Assembly (NCBI GenBank): GCA_963770895.1
Contig: CAVYRF010000002.1
Span: forward strand, 672,001-736,000
Origin: an uncultured Acidobacteriota bacterium
GTDB lineage: Bacteria; Acidobacteriota; Thermoanaerobaculia; Multivoradales; UBA5704
Length of the DNA stretch: 64,000 nt
Direction: 5' to 3'
This document shows, piece by piece, positions 19,344 through 28,734 of the stretch. Position 1 is the stretch's first letter, and each line of letters starts with the position of its first letter. Under the pieces are notes generated by a model, which searched no databases, was not told where the DNA came from, and was given only the letters and a program-made list of their open reading frames with translations. The position numbers were made by a program, and so were the translations under genes.

Positions 19344-20315
19344 ATGACGATCCCACGCCCGACCTGCATCCACCCGCGCCCCGGCCCCGGCACCGGCGCC
19401 CGCACCCATAGCCGCACCCCTGTCCGCGGCAGCCTGGCGACCCTGGCCTCGGCGCTCGCCGTCCTGGCCCTGGCGCTCCCCCCGACCCAGGCCGCCGCCA
19501 AGGGTTCGGCTCCGTCGGACTGGGCGCTCAGCAAGGAGAGCACCCTGCACCAGACCTACCCGCTGGCCGCGGCACCGGGCGGCGGCCGATCGATCGAGAT
19601 CGACAACTATTGCGGCACGATCCGCGTCAGCGGGCGTGCCGGCGGCGAGGTGGCGGTCACGGTGCACCAGGTGTTCCGCGCCGATACCGCCGCCAAGCTC
19701 GACCTGGCGCAGCGCGCGGTGACGCTGCAGGCGACGGACGCGGGCGGCCGCCTGCGGCTGGTCGCGGACGGCCCGTTCCGGTCGCCGAACGGCGACGTCC
19801 ATTTCCACGGCTGGCGCGACCTGGGCTACGAAGCGTGCTTCGATTTCACCGTCGAGGCACCGGCGAACGCCGACGTCGTCGCCCACAACGTCCAGGGCGG
19901 CGAGGTGCACCTGACCGCCATCGGCGGCCACTTCGACGCCAACAACGTCAACGGCCCGATCGTCCTCGAGCAGATGGCGGGGATCGGCAGGGCGCGCACC
20001 GTCAACGGCACGCTGCAGGCAAGCTTTGCCAACGTGCCGGCGGCGGCCGCCACCTTCGAGACGGTGAACGGCCGCGTCGACGTGACCTTCCCGCCCGCGC
20101 TCGCCGCCGATCTCAGCTTCAAGACGATCAACGGCGAGGTGTACAGCGATTTCCCCTATACCTATCTCAACCCGCCGCCGGCGGTGGGCGGCGCCGGCCG
20201 CCGTCACATCTACAGCCTGCGCCGCACGATGTCCGTCAAGGTCGCCGGCGGCGGCCCGCAGCTCTCGTTCACCACCGTCAACGGCGACATCCTGATTCAC
20301 CGGGGGAACGCGTGA
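19344..20315 (+). CDS. DUF4097 beta-strand-repeat exported protein
   Basis: Signal peptide and repeated (T/N)VNG motifs, C-terminal TTVNGDILI. AGGAGG RBS. Confidence 0.8.
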   Translation: MTIPRPTCIHPRPGPGTGARTHSRTPVRGSLATLASALAVLALALPPTQAAAKGSAPSDWALSKESTLHQTYPLAAAPGGGRSIEIDNYCGTIRVSGRAGGEVAVTVHQVFRADTAAKLDLAQRAVTLQATDAGGRLRLVADGPFRSPNGDVHFHGWRDLGYEACFDFTVEAPANADVVAHNVQGGEVHLTAIGGHFDANNVNGPIVLEQMAGIGRARTVNGTLQASFANVPAAAATFETVNGRVDVTFPPALAADLSFKTINGEVYSDFPYTYLNPPPAVGGAGRRHIYSLRRTMSVKVAGGGPQLSFTTVNGDILIHRGNA

Positions 20316-20356
20316 GCGCCGCAGACCGGGCGCCGGCCGACCACCGTGGAGGACCT

Positions 20357-21175
20357 ATGAAGACAACCTGCTTCGCACTGCTGCTGACCCTGCACGCCGC
20401 CGCCGCAACCCTGGCCGCCGCCCAGACTCCGGGCCAGCGGCTCACCGTACCGTTGAGCGATCCGGCGCAGCCCGCCGTCGTCGAGGTGCACACCGTCCGC
20501 GGCGGCATCTCGGTCGAAGGGTACGGCGGCCGCGACGTGATCGTCGAAAGCTCCGGCGGCGACGTGGACGAGCGCGTCGCCGAAAAGGTGCCGCCCGGCG
20601 CCGCGGGGATGCATCACGTCCCGCGCATGACCGGCCTGACCGCGGACGAAGACCACAACCACGTGCGCATCGAAGTGGAGGGCTGGCGGCGCGGCACGAC
20701 CGACCTGCGGCTGAAGGTGCCGGTCCACAGCTCGCTGCACCTGTCGTGCGTCAACAGCTGCACCATCCAGGTTGCCGGCGTCGAAGGCGAGATGGAGCTG
20801 AGCGACGTCAACGGCTCGATCGCGGCGCACGACGTCGCCGGCTCGGTCGTCGCCCACAGCACCAATGGTGACATCAAGGTGGCGATGACCCGCGTCGACG
20901 CCAGCAAGCCGATGGCGTTCAGCACCTTGAACGGCAACGTGGACGTCACCTTCCCGCCCGGCCTGCAGGCGCTGCTGCGCCTGCACACCGAACGCGGCGA
21001 CATCTACACCGACTTCGAGATCAGCGCGACCGGCAGGCCGGCGTCCGAGCACACCGAAGGCGGCAGGAAGCGCTACGACGCCGGCCACGAGATCCAGGGC
21101 ACGGTCGGCGGCGGCGGCCCCGAGATCCTGTTCAAGACCTTCAACGGCAACATCCTGATCCACCGCGCCCGCTGA
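20357..21175 (+). CDS. DUF4097 beta-strand-repeat exported protein (second)
   Basis: GGAGG RBS, signal peptide, DVNG/STNG/TLNG/TFNG repeats. Confidence 0.82.
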   Translation: MKTTCFALLLTLHAAAATLAAAQTPGQRLTVPLSDPAQPAVVEVHTVRGGISVEGYGGRDVIVESSGGDVDERVAEKVPPGAAGMHHVPRMTGLTADEDHNHVRIEVEGWRRGTTDLRLKVPVHSSLHLSCVNSCTIQVAGVEGEMELSDVNGSIAAHDVAGSVVAHSTNGDIKVAMTRVDASKPMAFSTLNGNVDVTFPPGLQALLRLHTERGDIYTDFEISATGRPASEHTEGGRKRYDAGHEIQGTVGGGGPEILFKTFNGNILIHRAR

Positions 21176-21271
21176 CCGCCGCCAGCTGCGCCGCGGCCGG
21201 TGGACGCGGGCTCGCGGCGGCAGCGTCGATCCTCGATCGTCGATTGCCGCCGCCGCGAACCGCTCCCCAGC

Positions 21272-24151
21272 CTAGAACTTCAGCTGCACCGCGAACTGGT
21301 ACTGCCGTCCGGGATCGGCGTTGCTGACGCCGCCGAGCGGCTGGCCGAAGCCCGCCTGCGGCTGGCCGTTGGCGTTGTCGCCGTAGACGCCGTTGTAGCC
21401 GTAGACATTGGCGTGGTTGGTGACGTTGAACACCTCGGCGCGCAGGCCGACGGTGGCGGCGCCGCGCAACTTGAAGTCGCGCTCCAGGAACAGGTCGATG
21501 TCGTACAGGGTGTTGCCGCGGCCGGCATTGCGGCCGATGACGACGCCGTCGATCACCGGCCGGTCGTTGAGCATGCCGTCGCCGTTGTTGTCGGCTCCCG
21601 TCGTGATGTTGTAGGGAACTCCCGAGCCGACGGTGGCGACGCCGCCGGCCGTCAGGTCGAGCGGCAGCCGGTACCAGCCGGACAGCACCGCGCGATGCCG
21701 CTGATCCAGCTGGCTGTCGGCCCACTCGGCGGCCAGGTTGCGGGCGTCGTTGGGGCCGCCGCCGGCGCCGTCCACCTCGACGTTGTTGCGCGAGTGCGAC
21801 CAGGTGTAGCTGAGCAGCATCTCGGCCCGGCCGTCAAACGTCTTGCGCAGGTTGACCTGCAGCGCGTCGTACTTGGCCTCGCCCTCGTTGGTGACCACCA
21901 GGATCTCGCGGTAGCCGCCGTTGACCGGCACGATCGGCCGCGTCGCATCGGCCGCCGACGCCGGGCGCACCTCGCCGGGCTCGGTGCGGACGAAGGTCGA
22001 CGGTGCGTTGAGGTCGAGCGTGTCCAGGGCGTCCGACGTCTTCGAGTGCACGCCGTCCACGCTCAGGAACCAGTGATTGCCGAACTGGCGCTCGACGCCA
22101 AGGGTCGCCTGGTCGGTGTGGGGATTGAGCAGCTGGTTGGGATAGCCCGACAGCGCCCCGATGTCGAAGAACTGGCTGTAGTAGGCGGCCTCTCCCGGAC
22201 GGATGGTGATGTTGCGCGCCGGCACCACCGCTCCGGCCGGGAAGCCGGGCAGCGGCGCGAACGAGGTCGGGAACCCGGTCTGTCCGGGCGCCACGCTGTA
22301 GTTGAAGAAGCCGGTCGGACCGCCGAGCAGCCACTGCGCCGCGGTATCGGCGGGGAGCTCCGAGTAGTAGCGACCCCAGCTGCCGCGCACCGTCGTCTTG
22401 GGGTCGCCGTTCGGATTGTAGGCAAAGCCCAGGCGCGGCGAGATGTTGTCGGTGGCGTCGGTCAGCGTCTGGCGGTCGTAGCGCAGGCCGACGTTGAGCA
22501 CCAGGTCGCGCCGCACGTGGTAGTCGTCCTGGGCGTACAGCGACCACACCTGTTCGCTCACCGTGTAGCTGGCATTGCCGAACCCCTGGGTGAAGCGCTG
22601 CACGTCGGAGAGCGGCAGCTGCGACGTCGGAACCGACGCCGGAATGCCGGGCTCGAAGGTGAACTGGCCGAGGATGAACGGCGAGCCGAACTCCTGGCCG
22701 TTGCCGCCCGAACGGGAGTGCTCCAGGTCGCCGCCCAGCTTGAGGAAGTGATCGCCGAGCGCCAGCGAAAGCGTGTCGGCGCCCTGGATCTGCCGGTTGG
22801 TCAGGTCGGCGTAGCGCGATTCGCCCGCCGTCCCGACCCCTGGCCGCACCAGCTGCGTCGACGGATCGTGCGGTTCGAACTGGGTGATGGGGTCGCCGTT
22901 TTCACCGGTCAGGCGCGCGTCGTTGAAGACCGTCGGCGACAGCACGGCGGTCTCGCCGATCTCGAGCGCCTGGGTGTCGCGCCGGAACGTCCGGCCGGCG
23001 CTCGGCAGGGTGAGGCCGCCCACCACGTCGGAAGGGTTGCTGTCGGTGAAGTCGTCCAGGTCGAAGCGGCCGAACAGGTGGTTCGCCGAGTTGAGATCGT
23101 CGTCCACGCGCGCAAAGACCAGCGACTGCCGGTATTGCCCGGTATAGGTGGTCGGGTCGAGCGGCGAGGTCACCGGGGAGTCGCGGCTCTCGTTGTTGTA
23201 CTCCGCTCCCAACGCCCAGTAGGCGTGGTCCTTGACCAGCGGCCCCGACACGAAGCCGCTCCCCTGCCAGAGGTTGTCGCGCACCGGCGTGCCGGTGACC
23301 GGGTAATCGGCGTCCAGGCCGCCAGGCCGCACCAGGCCGAGGAGGTCGCCGTGGACGTCGTTGGTGCCCTGGCGGGTGACGAGGTTGATGGCCGCCCCGG
23401 CCGACCGCCCGTACTCGGCCGAGAAGCTGTTGGTCAGCACGGTCAGCTCCTGGATGGCGGCGAGCGGCACGGCGGTGAAGATCGTCTGCCTCCCCCAGGC
23501 GTCGTCGGCGGTGCCGCCGTCGATGGTGTAGCTCTGCTGACGCCGGCCGCCGCCGTCGACGACGAACAGCGTCTCGTCCAGAAAGACGTCGCCGGTGGTG
23601 CGCGTCGGGCGTACGGCCGAATCGAGCAGCGGCAGCGCGGTGATCTTGCGTCCGAGCAGCGGCGCCTCCTGGATCTGGGTGGCGTCAAAGCGGTCGCCCA
23701 GCTGCGGTTCGTCCGACCGCACGCCTTCGGCGGTGCCGTAGACGGTGATCGCCGCCTCGACTCCGGCCACCTTGAGCGTCGCGTCGATGGTCGCCGTCTC
23801 CCCCGCCCGCAGCTGGATCGCCGCCCGCTCCTGCGCGGCGAATCCGTCGTGGCTGAAGCGGATCTGCCAGGTGCCGGTGAGCGGCAGCTGCGGCAGCACG
23901 TAGAGGCCGTGCGCATCGCTACGGGCGGTGCGCGTCAGGCCGGTCGCCTGGTTGTGGATCGTCACCTCCGTGCCCGCCAGCGCCGCGCCCGATTCGTCCA
24001 CGACGCGCCCGCGCAGCGAGCCCGTCCCCGGCGTCTGCGCCGCCGCCGCCACCGCCCAAAGCGCCACCAGCAACCAGCAGACCGGCACCGCGGCGCCGCC
24101 CAGCGGACGGCGCACCGCGTCCCAAGCCAATCGCAAACAGATCATCGTCAT
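21272..24151 (-). CDS. TonB-dependent receptor (Oar-like)
   Basis: Signal peptide, GSLRGRVVDESGAALAG domain, FSAEYGRSAG plug motif, NISPRLGFAY, C-terminal QFAVQLKF. Confidence 0.92.
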   Translation of the reverse strand: MTMICLRLAWDAVRRPLGGAAVPVCWLLVALWAVAAAAQTPGTGSLRGRVVDESGAALAGTEVTIHNQATGLTRTARSDAHGLYVLPQLPLTGTWQIRFSHDGFAAQERAAIQLRAGETATIDATLKVAGVEAAITVYGTAEGVRSDEPQLGDRFDATQIQEAPLLGRKITALPLLDSAVRPTRTTGDVFLDETLFVVDGGGRRQQSYTIDGGTADDAWGRQTIFTAVPLAAIQELTVLTNSFSAEYGRSAGAAINLVTRQGTNDVHGDLLGLVRPGGLDADYPVTGTPVRDNLWQGSGFVSGPLVKDHAYWALGAEYNNESRDSPVTSPLDPTTYTGQYRQSLVFARVDDDLNSANHLFGRFDLDDFTDSNPSDVVGGLTLPSAGRTFRRDTQALEIGETAVLSPTVFNDARLTGENGDPITQFEPHDPSTQLVRPGVGTAGESRYADLTNRQIQGADTLSLALGDHFLKLGGDLEHSRSGGNGQEFGSPFILGQFTFEPGIPASVPTSQLPLSDVQRFTQGFGNASYTVSEQVWSLYAQDDYHVRRDLVLNVGLRYDRQTLTDATDNISPRLGFAYNPNGDPKTTVRGSWGRYYSELPADTAAQWLLGGPTGFFNYSVAPGQTGFPTSFAPLPGFPAGAVVPARNITIRPGEAAYYSQFFDIGALSGYPNQLLNPHTDQATLGVERQFGNHWFLSVDGVHSKTSDALDTLDLNAPSTFVRTEPGEVRPASAADATRPIVPVNGGYREILVVTNEGEAKYDALQVNLRKTFDGRAEMLLSYTWSHSRNNVEVDGAGGGPNDARNLAAEWADSQLDQRHRAVLSGWYRLPLDLTAGGVATVGSGVPYNITTGADNNGDGMLNDRPVIDGVVIGRNAGRGNTLYDIDLFLERDFKLRGAATVGLRAEVFNVTNHANVYGYNGVYGDNANGQPQAGFGQPLGGVSNADPGRQYQFAVQLKF

Positions 24152-24286
24152 GTCCTTTCCGCGGCGCCGTGACCGCGCGCACCAGCGCGCCGGCCGGCGG
24201 GCCGCACCCTGTGGAATACCGGGAGGAGGAAGCCCGCGGCGCGGCGAGCTCCACCGAATAGGGGTGGCGACGGCGGAAGGGATCGA

Positions 24287-24937
24287 TCAAATACGCAACG
24301 GCAGGGGCGCACAACGGCGCTCGCCGCCGGCCGCCGCCATGGTCAGGCGGTGGGCGGCGGGCCGCGGCGCGCCGGCAGACTGCAGCACCGAACGCGGACG
24401 CTCGGCGCGAGGCGAAGGCGGCACCAGCGAGGCGGCGACCGGCAGGCCGCGCGCCCACCGCGGCGGCGGCGCGCCCGAAGCCCACCCGCAGGGCTCTTCG
24501 GCCGGATCGCCGTCGCCCGCCACGGCGCTCCACAGCTCGCCGCTGCGACGCCGCATCGACCAGGCGCGGGAGGCGCCGTCGGCGGCGATGCGGAAGGGCG
24601 GGCTGACCCCGGCGATCACTTCGTGGCCGTCGCGATCCATGCGCACCGCCAGGCGCGCATCGCGGCTGGGCAGGGGCGGCACGCACCAGCTGTAGGAACC
24701 GTGGTCGGCGTCCAGCTCGGGGGTGACCCGCACCGGGAAATGGCGGCCGCCGTCGAGCGACAGCAGCAGCTCCATTTCATCGACACCGGCCGGGACGCCG
24801 CTCCATCGCACCTGCACCACCCGGCCGGGCTGCAGGGCTGGCCCGCCGGAGAACGGCTGGAACACCACGGGACCTGCGACCGCCGGCACGCCGGCCACCA
24901 ACGCCGACGCCAACGCGAGAAGGAGCGCCTTGGACAC
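24287..24937 (-). CDS. Exported hypothetical protein (Ig-like domain, low-complexity linker, C-terminal PLPLRI)
   Basis: Signal-like SKALLLALASALVAGVPAVA, then beta-rich VQVRWSGVP...ELLLSLDGG...YSWCVP. Start uncertain (GTG 24937). Confidence 0.6.
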   Translation of the reverse strand: MSKALLLALASALVAGVPAVAGPVVFQPFSGGPALQPGRVVQVRWSGVPAGVDEMELLLSLDGGRHFPVRVTPELDADHGSYSWCVPPLPSRDARLAVRMDRDGHEVIAGVSPPFRIAADGASRAWSMRRRSGELWSAVAGDGDPAEEPCGWASGAPPPRWARGLPVAASLVPPSPRAERPRSVLQSAGAPRPAAHRLTMAAAGGERRCAPLPLRI

Positions 24938-25183
24938 GATGACTGCGAGCCTAGAGAAGCAGCGCTCCTGAGTCAACGCCGGAGCGGGGCGCCGCGGGCA
25001 CGGCGAGGAGGACTCCCTGTCATACTCTGTAGGCCTATTTGCGCTCAAGTCCTTCTTTGTGCGACACTGAAACAGTCCGTCCGGTCGTACTAACTGGCGA
25101 CCATGGCACTTGCTGGCATTTTGGATCATGACGGCAGCCGTGGGCTGCGGAATTGCCGTCACTTTGGATGTGGCTTCTATTGT

Positions 25184-26677
25184 ATGCAGGCAGCCCCCAT
25201 GCGCGGTCTCTTGATCGGCAGCCATCCTCTGGCGGTAACCGCCTTGCTGCGCGGCGATCCCTTTGCCGCGTGCAGCCTGACCGCTTGCGAGGACATCGAC
25301 GCGGCGCTCGGCGTCATCGCGGCTCGCGGCGAACCGGATTTCGCCCTGTTCTACGTCAGCGGCGACGCACCGGCCAGCCTGAACGACCTTCAGCTCCTGT
25401 CAGCGGCACAACCGCACCTGCCCGTGCTGGCGTTGGGCGGCGCCGACATCGACCTGGCGACGGCGGCCTTCCATGCCGGTGCCGAAGACTACGTGGTCTG
25501 CGACTCGATGTTGCAGGCAATCCTGGTGCAGGCGATCCAGCGCGCCGTCCTGCGCCGGCGCAGCTCGGGACGCCTGCACCGGAAACGCTCTCGCGATCGC
25601 GAGCGGCGTCTGGCGGCGCTGGTGCGGCGCGCCACCCGCGACTGGCAGGTCGCCTTCGACGTGATCGAGACGCCGGTGGCCATCGTCGATGCCAATGGCC
25701 AGGTCCGCCGCATCAACCGCAGCGCCGAGCTGCTCGCCGGGCACAAGCCCCTCTATTCGCTGCACGACCTGGGAGCGCGCGATCCGTGGCGCACCGCCGC
25801 CGAGATCGTCGGCCTGCTCCACCGGTCGGTGAGGTCCGTTTCGCGGCAGACGACCGACGAAACGGGGCGCTCGTGGCAGGTGAAGGCCTCCCTCATCGAG
25901 CGCTCGGGAGCGCAGGGCGACGAGATCTTCGTCATGCTGCTCGACGTCAGCCAGGTGGTGGCGCTGGAAGCGTCGCTGCGCGGCAGCAAGGCCATGGCGG
26001 CGATGGGTGCCCTGGTGGCCGGCGTGGCCCACGGCGTGCGCAACCCTCTGTTCGGGATCTCGGCGACGGTCGATGCCTTCGACGCCCACCTGGGCCGGCG
26101 GCCCGAGCACGTCAAGTACATCGCCGCCCTGCGTCATGAAGTGCAGGCGCTCAACAAGCTGATGCGCAATCTGCTCGACTACGGCCGGCCGCGGCGCTCG
26201 ATTCCCACCCCCGGCGTGCTCAGCGAGCCGATGCGCGATGCCGTGCACTCGCTGCAACCGCTTGCCCAACAGCGCCAGGTGCGCTTCGCCTATCGCGGCT
26301 CACCCTCCCAGCTGACCATCCCGATGGACCGCGGCCGCATCACCGAGCTGCTGCAAAACCTGCTGGAGAACGCCGTCCTGCATTCGCCTCCCGGGTCGGT
26401 GGTGACGCTCGACGCGCGCACCGGCGGCGATGACGACGGCCGCTGGGTGGAATGCTCGGTGCTCGACAGCGGTCCCGGCTTCTACTTCGACGACCTGCCG
26501 CATGTTTTCGATCCCTTTTTCAGCCGGCGCGCCGGGGGCACCGGCCTGGGTCTGTCGATTGCGCAGCGCATCGCCGAAGAGCATCGCGGCAAGATCCTGG
26601 CGACCAACCGAGCGCACGGCGGGGCGCGCGTCACCGTTCGCTTTCCGGCCGAGTGGCGGCAGGGCGAGAGAGACTGA
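25184..26677 (+). CDS. Hybrid sensor histidine kinase (pseudo-receiver, PAS, HisKA, HATPase)
   Basis: H-box VAHGVRNPL, N-box LLQNLLENA, DSGPG, FDPFFS, GGTGLGLSI. N-terminal REC-like GAEDYV. Confidence 0.85.
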   Translation: MQAAPMRGLLIGSHPLAVTALLRGDPFAACSLTACEDIDAALGVIAARGEPDFALFYVSGDAPASLNDLQLLSAAQPHLPVLALGGADIDLATAAFHAGAEDYVVCDSMLQAILVQAIQRAVLRRRSSGRLHRKRSRDRERRLAALVRRATRDWQVAFDVIETPVAIVDANGQVRRINRSAELLAGHKPLYSLHDLGARDPWRTAAEIVGLLHRSVRSVSRQTTDETGRSWQVKASLIERSGAQGDEIFVMLLDVSQVVALEASLRGSKAMAAMGALVAGVAHGVRNPLFGISATVDAFDAHLGRRPEHVKYIAALRHEVQALNKLMRNLLDYGRPRRSIPTPGVLSEPMRDAVHSLQPLAQQRQVRFAYRGSPSQLTIPMDRGRITELLQNLLENAVLHSPPGSVVTLDARTGGDDDGRWVECSVLDSGPGFYFDDLPHVFDPFFSRRAGGTGLGLSIAQRIAEEHRGKILATNRAHGGARVTVRFPAEWRQGERD

Positions 26678-26679
26678 CC

Positions 26680-28050
26680 ATGGCCCAGGGCAACCTCGTG
26701 CTGCTGGTCGACGACGAAAGCGGCGTGCGTTTCGGCATCCGCGAGTACCTGCACGGCGAGGGCTACCGGGTGCGCGAGGCGGACAGCCGCCGCGCCGCCG
26801 TCGCGGCGTTCCACCAGGAGCACTGCGACGCGGTGATCGTCGATTACCTGTTGCCTGACGGCAACGCCCTGGAGCTGCTGTCGCAGATCCACCACGCGGA
26901 TCCCGAAGTGCCGATCATCATCCTGACCGGCCACGGCTCGATCGAGCTGGCGGTCGAAGCCATCCAGCGCGGCGCCGCCAACTTCCTGACCAAACCCATC
27001 GAGCTCGCGGCGTTGCAGGTGATCCTGCACCGCAGCATCGACGCCCAGCGCGACCGCCGGCGGCAGCGCGCCGCGCAGACGCGCGAAGCGCGCCTGGCGC
27101 ACAACCCGTTCATCGGCACCAGTCCCGCCATCCGCCAGCTCGCCCGCGAGGCTGACAAGCTGTGCATGACGGAAGCGCCGGTGCTGCTGACCGGCGAGAC
27201 CGGCACCGGCAAGGGGGTCATGGCAAGGTGGCTGCACGCCAACGGGCCGCGCGCCGAGGAGGCTTTTGTCGATCTCAACTGCGCCTGCTTCACGCGCGAG
27301 CTCCTGGAAAGCGAGCTGTTCGGCTACGAAAGAGGCGCCTTCACCGGCGCGGTGACGCGCAAGGCGGGCCTGTTCGAGGTCGCCCACCGCGGCACGCTGA
27401 TGCTCGACGAGATCGGTGACCTGGATCTGCACGTGCAGCCCAAGCTGCTCAAGGCGATCGAAGATCGGCGGCTGCGCCCGTTGGGAGGGCTGCGCGACCG
27501 CAGCGTCGACACCCGGCTGATCACCGCCACGCATCGCAACCTGCTCCAGCTGGTCGAAGAGGGGCGCTTCCGCCGCGACCTGTTCTACCGCATCAGCACC
27601 ATTCCCCTGGACCTGCCGCCGCTGCGCGAGCGGCGCCAGGACATCCCGCCGCTCGCCCGCCACCTGCTGGAAGGACCGCTGGCGCGGCGCCTGCCGAGCG
27701 CGCTGCACCTGTCGCCGGGCGCCGAACAGACGCTGGGCGACTACCCCTGGCCGGGCAACATCCGCGAGCTGGCCAACGTACTGGAGCGCGCGACGCTGCT
27801 GGTCCAGGGTGACACCATCGACGTCGCCGACCTGCGCTTCGACACCGGCGCGGCGCACGCGGCGGGCAGCGCCGAGCCGGACATGACGCTGGCCGACCTG
27901 GAGACCCATCACATCGAGCGCGTGCTGAGCGAAGAGAACGGCAGCGTCGAGCGGGCGGCAAAGCGCCTGGGCATCTCGCGCAGCAATCTCTATCAGCGCC
28001 TGAAGGTCGGCCGCGAGGCGACCACCAACCCGCAACCCCGCCCGCGCTGA
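26680..28050 (+). CDS. Sigma-54-dependent NtrC/AtoC-family response regulator
   Basis: REC (VDDE, D acceptor in IVDYLLPDG, KP), GETGTGK, ESELFG, GAFTGA, FRRDLFYRI, WPGNIREL, Fis-type HTH. Confidence 0.95.
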   Translation: MAQGNLVLLVDDESGVRFGIREYLHGEGYRVREADSRRAAVAAFHQEHCDAVIVDYLLPDGNALELLSQIHHADPEVPIIILTGHGSIELAVEAIQRGAANFLTKPIELAALQVILHRSIDAQRDRRRQRAAQTREARLAHNPFIGTSPAIRQLAREADKLCMTEAPVLLTGETGTGKGVMARWLHANGPRAEEAFVDLNCACFTRELLESELFGYERGAFTGAVTRKAGLFEVAHRGTLMLDEIGDLDLHVQPKLLKAIEDRRLRPLGGLRDRSVDTRLITATHRNLLQLVEEGRFRRDLFYRISTIPLDLPPLRERRQDIPPLARHLLEGPLARRLPSALHLSPGAEQTLGDYPWPGNIRELANVLERATLLVQGDTIDVADLRFDTGAAHAAGSAEPDMTLADLETHHIERVLSEENGSVERAAKRLGISRSNLYQRLKVGREATTNPQPRPR

Positions 28051-28081
28051 CCCGGCGCGCGCCGCTGTCTTTCGTCTTCTT

Positions 28082-28102
28082 TCTGGACAGCCGCCGTCCA
28101 GA
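28082..28102. promoter_or_regulatory. Candidate enhancer (UAS) palindrome for the sigma-54 activator
   Basis: TCTGGAC-N7-GTCCAGA about 110 bp upstream of the -24/-12 element, with an AT-rich stretch between them. Confidence 0.45.
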
Positions 28103-28208
28103 TCCTGGATTGGCCGCGCCCGCCGCGCCGCAGCGGCGGACGCCACCGGCACTCGCAAACCTTTCTTTTAGAGAACTTTGTCTAGCGAATTGAAAGCCTG
28201 ACCGCGGG

Positions 28209-28223
28209 TGGCGCGGTCCTTGC
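28209..28223 (+). promoter_or_regulatory. Sigma-54 (-24/-12) promoter
   Basis: TGGCGCGGTCCTTGC has exact GG-N10-GC spacing and lies right downstream of an NtrC-type gene. Confidence 0.7.
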
Positions 28224-28236
28224 CTTATAAGGGGGC

Positions 28237-28734
28237 ATGGTACCGGGGCGCACAATGCTGGTGATCGACGACGACGAGTCGATCGTTTTCGCATTGGAGT
28301 CGTATTTCGCCTCGGATGGATGGACCGTAGATTCGGCGAAGCGACTGGACAGCGCCTTGGACCTGCTGTCGACCGGATGCTACGCGCTGGTCCTCACCGA
28401 CCTCCGCCTGGGAGGTTGCCAGGAAACCGAAGGTCTGGAGATCGCGCGGTCGGCGGCGCGGCTGCGCCCCGCCACCCACGTGATCCTGCTCACCGCCTTC
28501 GGCACTCCCGAGATCGAGGACGAAGCGCGCCGCATCGGAGTTGACGCATTCCTCCATAAGCCGCTGCCCCTGTCCGAGATCGCGCAGGTGGCCAGACGGA
28601 TCACCACTCAGCAAAGCCAATCTTCCGCTGCGATCCCCGAGGAGAGCCATCCATGTCCATCCCCCGCTGGTCCGCTTCACCGCAAACGTTCCGCAAGTGG
28701 CTTATCGCGGCCGCCCTGCTCATCGCGCAACTGA
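28237..28734 (+). CDS. Single-domain response regulator (CheY-like)
   Basis: VIDDDE, VLTDLRL acceptor, ILLTAFG, FLHKP. The C-terminal tail overlaps the next gene. Confidence 0.85.
   Translation: MVPGRTMLVIDDDESIVFALESYFASDGWTVDSAKRLDSALDLLSTGCYALVLTDLRLGGCQETEGLEIARSAARLRPATHVILLTAFGTPEIEDEARRIGVDAFLHKPLPLSEIAQVARRITTQQSQSSAAIPEESHPCPSPAGPLHRKRSASGLSRPPCSSRN

Noticed and set aside
25142-25156. Possible third sigma-54 promoter upstream of the kinase (GGGCTGCGGAATTGC)
   Set aside because: The spacing fits but the -24 element is a poor match; likely chance in GC-rich DNA.
28653-28734. 82-nt overlap of the CheY-like ORF with the adhesin start as a programmed frameshift or fusion
   Set aside because: The adhesin has its own GAGGAG RBS and signal peptide and no slippery site is evident; the overlap is best explained as a non-conserved tail.
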